Source: a virus
Length of the DNA stretch: 64,000 nt
Reading direction: 5' to 3' (one strand)
Virus record (IMG/VR): IMGVR_UViG_3300042502_001136
Coordinates: 1 to 64,000 of that record
The notes beneath the pieces are model-generated. The model had not been told where the DNA came from. It searched no databases and saw only the letters and a list, made by a program, of their open reading frames with translations. Both the position numbers and the translations under genes were made by a program. Positions 59,580 to 64,000 of the stretch are shown here, piece after piece (the first letter of the stretch is position 1; each line of letters opens with the position of its first letter).

Positions 59580-60713
59580 ATGATAAACTTAAAGTTACTC
59601 CCTACTTTAACAAAACCATACTTATTAGAGAGGGTAAGTCAAGAGGAAATAATGTTATATTATATAGGTATTCCTGTTAATACACAAACATTAGAAGGCA
59701 GTTCCTTTTTATCTCCATTTAGAAGTGAAAATAACCCTGATAAAAATCCAACTTGTAATTATTATTATAGTGAAAATGGTAAACTACGAATCAAAGATTG
59801 GAATGGTTCTTTTCATGGAGATATATTTGATGTTGCATCTTGGGCAACAAAAATTAATAGTAAAACATCTCAAGGTTTTAAACTATTATTAAACAAAATT
59901 GCTTATGATTTTAAAGTACATAAATATAGTGTTGATGAAGAAAGAAAAAAATTCAATATTCTTTATAAACAACATATTACTACTAAAGAATTAAAAGTAT
60001 TTAAAGTTATACCAAGACCATTTAATAAATTTGATGGTAAAACTTGGTATGATAGATGGGAAATTTCTAGTAGTTTACTTAAATTAGGAAAAGTTATTCC
60101 TGTACAAGAACTACAAGTAGAAGGAAACGATGGGTATCTTCATACTAAATATGTATATAATTCTTATAATCCTGGATATGCTTATTATGGAGGAGAAATA
60201 AATGGAATTATATTATGGAAAGTTTACTTTCCTCTTACTAAAGATAAGAACAAAAAATTTATTACTAATTATTCTTTTATTCAAGGACTAAATCTATTAG
60301 TACCTGCTAGAGTAATTGTAATCACTAAATCTTTTAAAGATGTATTATGTTTTAGAGTATTTGGAATTGTAGCTATTTGTGTACCTTCTGAAACTTATGT
60401 AATTTCTAAGGAAATTATGTTTAAGTTAAAAAGCTATGCAGATATAGTAGTTACTAATTTTGATTACGATAAAACAGGTATATTACTTGCTAATAAATAT
60501 AAGAGAGTACATAATTGTTATCCTATTATGTTTACTCGTGGTAGATTTAATCAACCTGATTTTGGAGTTAAAGATTTTACAGAGTTCCGAGAAACATACG
60601 GAACAGAAAAAACAAAAGCATTAATAATTAATACTTTTGATAAATACAAAGAATTATTCACATACATCGATAACCTAAACAAACAAGCAATAAAATGGAT
60701 AGAGCCGAATTAG
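59580..60713 (+). CDS. DNA primase (crAss-like DnaG/TOPRIM)
   Basis: SPFR...NPTC, GDIFD, ITKSFKDV, PSET, FDYDKTG, KDFTE. Confidence 0.88.
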   Translation: MINLKLLPTLTKPYLLERVSQEEIMLYYIGIPVNTQTLEGSSFLSPFRSENNPDKNPTCNYYYSENGKLRIKDWNGSFHGDIFDVASWATKINSKTSQGFKLLLNKIAYDFKVHKYSVDEERKKFNILYKQHITTKELKVFKVIPRPFNKFDGKTWYDRWEISSSLLKLGKVIPVQELQVEGNDGYLHTKYVYNSYNPGYAYYGGEINGIILWKVYFPLTKDKNKKFITNYSFIQGLNLLVPARVIVITKSFKDVLCFRVFGIVAICVPSETYVISKEIMFKLKSYADIVVTNFDYDKTGILLANKYKRVHNCYPIMFTRGRFNQPDFGVKDFTEFRETYGTEKTKALIINTFDKYKELFTYIDNLNKQAIKWIEPN

Positions 60714-61201
60714 ATAAAATTAATAATTTTAACTTAAATCAAGTTAAAAAAACTTCAGTAATAATTCTTAAGAAAAAAGTAAGTGAATTTAGAACAATCT
60801 ATTACGTAGTAGTTAGTGCTACAGAAAAAGAAATAGAAGATACTAAAAGAGCTAAAGCTTTAACAGAAGGAACACTAATGGTATTAAAAGATAATAATCT
60901 TATTACTCTTAGAGAAGAGGTTAAAACTGTTGTATTCTTAGGAGAATTAGAAAATTATTATCCTAATGATGAAATTGTATATAAATTTCCAAAAAGAAAA
61001 GTAGATATACGAGAAAATAAACCTGATTACTATAGAGATTATAGTAAAACTCTTGAACAACAAAAAAATAGTATGTGGTTAGTTAATACTGCTCCTAGTC
61101 TTAGACATTGTTGGGAATCTATTATTAGAAAATGTAATAGTAAATACGGATTAATTCTAGAAATTGTAATAAAGAATGAGAATAATACTAGAAACAGTTA
61201 A
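60695..61201 (+). CDS. hypothetical protein
   Basis: 168 aa ORF. Confidence 0.65.
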   Translation: MDRAELDKINNFNLNQVKKTSVIILKKKVSEFRTIYYVVVSATEKEIEDTKRAKALTEGTLMVLKDNNLITLREEVKTVVFLGELENYYPNDEIVYKFPKRKVDIRENKPDYYRDYSKTLEQQKNSMWLVNTAPSLRHCWESIIRKCNSKYGLILEIVIKNENNTRNS

Positions 61202-61529
61202 TAATGGAGTAATATCTATTATTATTGACAGAGATTTTAATTATACTAATTTAGCTATTATTAAAAATCAAACAGAATTTATTTATATTGATAGAATTAA
61301 AAAATCATCAAAAGAAATAAGAGAAAAAGTAAATCTTTTAATAAAAAAATTTGATGTTAGACTAATTACAGAACTTGATAGTCTATTTGCTAATACTCAA
61401 ACTCTTCAAAGAATTCATTATGATAATGAAATTGAAAAATTAAAATTAAAAGATAATTGTGGTATTAATAAAGAAGATAAAGAAGAGAGAGTTCTTAGAT
61501 TTACTGCTTTTAATAAAATTTATAATTAA
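61176..61529 (+). CDS. hypothetical protein
   Basis: 117 aa ORF. Confidence 0.65.
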   Translation: MRIILETVNNGVISIIIDRDFNYTNLAIIKNQTEFIYIDRIKKSSKEIREKVNLLIKKFDVRLITELDSLFANTQTLQRIHYDNEIEKLKLKDNCGINKEDKEERVLRFTAFNKIYN

Positions 61530-61536
61530 ATAACTA

Positions 61537-61776
61537 ATGAAAAATACAGCACTTTATGAAGGAAATGTTGTTGAACTTAAAAAAGATGTAAAAGGAACTT
61601 CAGAAAGTACTACGTTTACATTAGGAGAAATTGATGTTATTACTACTATAAATATAAATACTACTTCTGATACAACTGGTATTGAAGTAGTATTTGTTAG
61701 TGGTAAAGTTTTAAATCAACAAGATGCAACAAATTATAGTAGTTGGTTGCATAGACACTTTAAATTAACAATCTAA
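61537..61776 (+). CDS. hypothetical protein
   Basis: 79 aa ORF. Confidence 0.65.
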   Translation: MKNTALYEGNVVELKKDVKGTSESTTFTLGEIDVITTININTTSDTTGIEVVFVSGKVLNQQDATNYSSWLHRHFKLTI

Positions 61777-61787
61777 AACCATAATTA

Positions 61788-63080
61788 ATGGAAAAGCTAT
61801 ATAAAAAAGATAGTAAAGGTAAAATACTTGAATGGTCAGCTGAATATGAACACACTTCAAATGGTGTTGATATTCATCTATATTCAGGTGAAATAAACGG
61901 AAAAATTACAAAGACTGTAAGAGCCGGAATTAAAGGAAAAAACATAGGAAAATCTAATGAAACTTCTCCTTTAACCCAAGCAGTTAATGAAATTGAAAGT
62001 TTATATAAAAGAAAAAAAGATTTAGGATATAAATCTCTTATAGATTTAAATTATAATTTTGGTAATGGTTTTGATACTGTTATGTCTATAAGTGATTTTC
62101 TTAATCAAACACTAACAAAAGATACTACTGATGCTGCTGGTAATCTTAAACCAATGAAAGCACAACAATATTATCGTAGTAAAAAAGATTGGGTTGATAA
62201 TCAAGGTAATATATGGAAAGATAGAAAATACTTTTATTTACTTAACCCATATGAAAGAAAAGAAAGAGGAGCAATAATTATAGGTTTTCCTTGTCTTATT
62301 CAACCTAAAATTAATGGTGTAAGATGCACTATTAGTTTAGATGAAAATAATAATGTTCAGATTCTTAGTAAAGAGGGTAAACGTTATAATCTTCCCCATA
62401 TAGAGGAAGTGTTCGTTCAGTACAAATCAATATTTACCGTATATAAAGAAGATGAACAAGAAGAAATTTTCTTTGATGGTGAATTATATATTCATGGTGA
62501 AAAATTACAAGTAATAAGTAGTGCAGTTAAAGCACCAAATTTAGATACAAGTAGAGTTAAATTTGTTTGTTTTGATTTAGGTACAACATTATTTAGTAAT
62601 TTAAAAAGAATACAATTAATGAAACAGTTAATAACTCAATTAACTTCTCATATAATTGATGCTTCAGTAGAATATTTAGCTACATATCGTGTTGGTTCTG
62701 ATGCAATTGTACAAAGTATGACTGATAAGTTTATTGAACAAGGTTATGAAGGTTCAATATTAAGAGAAGAATTTGGTGTATATGCTTTTGGTAAAAGACC
62801 TATGTCAATGGTTAAACTTAAAAGAGTTATGGATACTGAATTTTTAATTGTTGATATTATACCACAAGAAAAAGATAATAATCTAGGATTATATGTATGT
62901 AGAACTTCTGAAGGTAAAGAATTTAATGTTACTCCTACTGGTAATAATGAATTCAAAAGTTTAATATTATTTCAAAAACATCTTTATATAGGTAAAATGT
63001 TAACTTGTAAATTTTATGAATATACAGAAGCAGGAATACCTTTTCATGTATTAGATAATATTGTAAGAGATTATGAATAA
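61788..63080 (+). CDS. ATP-dependent DNA ligase
   Basis: QPKINGVRC, FFDGELY, FD, GYEGSILR, KLK; C-terminal OB fold. Confidence 0.92.
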   Translation: MEKLYKKDSKGKILEWSAEYEHTSNGVDIHLYSGEINGKITKTVRAGIKGKNIGKSNETSPLTQAVNEIESLYKRKKDLGYKSLIDLNYNFGNGFDTVMSISDFLNQTLTKDTTDAAGNLKPMKAQQYYRSKKDWVDNQGNIWKDRKYFYLLNPYERKERGAIIIGFPCLIQPKINGVRCTISLDENNNVQILSKEGKRYNLPHIEEVFVQYKSIFTVYKEDEQEEIFFDGELYIHGEKLQVISSAVKAPNLDTSRVKFVCFDLGTTLFSNLKRIQLMKQLITQLTSHIIDASVEYLATYRVGSDAIVQSMTDKFIEQGYEGSILREEFGVYAFGKRPMSMVKLKRVMDTEFLIVDIIPQEKDNNLGLYVCRTSEGKEFNVTPTGNNEFKSLILFQKHLYIGKMLTCKFYEYTEAGIPFHVLDNIVRDYE

Positions 63081-64000
63081 TAAAAGTATAAAAATAGTTA
63101 ATTACGGTATAGGAGAAAATTATCTTAAAGATTGGGGTATTCAAGAGGCTCTTAGAGAAATATATCAAAACTTTATTGATTATGGTAGCTTTAAACAAAA
63201 GATTGAAGTAGATGCTAGTAAAACAGTAACAACTATTACTCTTAGTAATGATTTTAAACCTAATGATTATTCTTTTCTTAAAATAGGAGAATCACAAAAA
63301 GTTGATAAAGAAAATTCAATAGGTCAACACGGAGAAGGACTTAAAATGGCTTTTCTTATATTTCTTAGACTTGGTTATTGTATCAAACTTAAAGCTAATA
63401 ACCATGAAATAAAACCTATTTGGCAAAAACAACCTATATTAGGTACTACATTAGCTTTAAGATTTGCCCCTTTTGATTTAAATGATGATTTTTATATTAA
63501 ATTTACTATACTTAAATCTGACTTTGATTATTTTAATAATAATTTAATTAAAAAGAAAGATATAGTATATTCACATTCTTTTCATGGTGATATAGTAGAT
63601 AAACCAATAGGTAATATTTATTCAGGTAAATTATTTGTATGTAATCTTAAAAACATTAAAAAATCTTATAATCTTCCACCTGCTAGACTTAAATTAGATA
63701 GAGATAGAAAAGTACCAGGAAGTTTTGAGGTTAGTTATCATACTTCTAAAATTAATGAAGCACAAGCAGAAATTAATTTTGTAGACCAAAATTATGATGA
63801 TTTTAGACACGTAAGTAGTATTCCTCGTACTTATTATCCTTCTATTAGAGCTAAAGCAGTAGGAGAAAATGTAGAATTTATTGCAAAAGTGATAGATAAA
63901 GAAACTAACGAAACTAAAGAAGTTCTTATTACTAATCAAAGTATAAAAGAACATCTTAAACAACAAAGTTTCTTTCAAAAAGCAATTAATGGTATTAAAA
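63073..64000 (+). CDS. GHKL (HSP90-like) ATPase domain protein, truncated by the window end
   Basis: read by hand from ATG 63073: WGIQEALREIYQNFID...IGESQK...IGQHGEGLKMA; absent from the ORF track. Confidence 0.8.
   Translation, partial: MNNKSIKIVNYGIGENYLKDWGIQEALREIYQNFIDYGSFKQKIEVDASKTVTTITLSNDFKPNDYSFLKIGESQKVDKENSIGQHGEGLKMAFLIFLRLGYCIKLKANNHEIKPIWQKQPILGTTLALRFAPFDLNDDFYIKFTILKSDFDYFNNNLIKKKDIVYSHSFHGDIVDKPIGNIYSGKLFVCNLKNIKKSYNLPPARLKLDRDRKVPGSFEVSYHTSKINEAQAEINFVDQNYDDFRHVSSIPRTYYPSIRAKAVGENVEFIAKVIDKETNETKEVLITNQSIKEHLKQQSFFQKAINGIK

Noticed and set aside
46722-63978. Minus-strand or off-frame short ORFs in the right arm (46722, 48386, 51734, 52351, 54940, 57072, 62744, 62953, 63694)
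   Set aside because: Shadows of plus-strand genes.
1-64000. Stop-codon reassignment, known in some crAss-like phages
   Set aside because: Genes are full length under the standard code, and TAG serves as a real stop (e.g. 7113 and 37751 on the minus strand, 46592 on the plus strand).
1-64000. Introns, inteins, DGR, integrase or tRNA genes
   Set aside because: Terminase, polymerase and helicases look uninterrupted, and no RT, integrase or cloverleaf was recognised by eye. A tRNAscan/HMM run would be needed to be sure.

Overview
AT-rich (roughly 27-29% GC, judged by eye) segment of a crAss-like (Crassvirales-type) dsDNA phage, probably infecting Bacteroidota/Flavobacteriia, using the standard genetic code. 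The left arm (1-40773, minus strand) is the virion/packaging block. Read from right to left it holds an HU/IHF-like gene, PD-(D/E)XK nuclease, degenerate HAD phosphatase, terminase, portal, scaffold-like protein, major capsid protein, ring/tail proteins, amidase with holin-like genes, muzzle protein, two large cargo proteins, and a giant ORF (>2360 aa, missing from the ORF track) that runs off the left edge and is probably the virion RNA polymerase. The right arm (41556-64000, plus strand) holds small early genes, then GroES, DEDDh exonuclease, SF1 helicase, family A DNA polymerase, SF2 helicase, DnaB-like helicase, recombinase/SSB-like genes, primase, ATP-dependent ligase and a truncated GHKL ATPase. 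The main unexplained signals are: (1) about 20 dispersed copies of a motif TTCCCCAATAGA(A/G)G followed by a GT-rich tail, mostly inside genes, in several frames and often in inverted pairs; (2) two strongly structured intergenic RNA candidates near 46.1 kb and 47.0-47.4 kb; (3) a divergence region with inward-facing G-rich tracts, a CACGTG palindrome and iteron-like repeats. All product calls rest on motif recognition and synteny; no database search was run.
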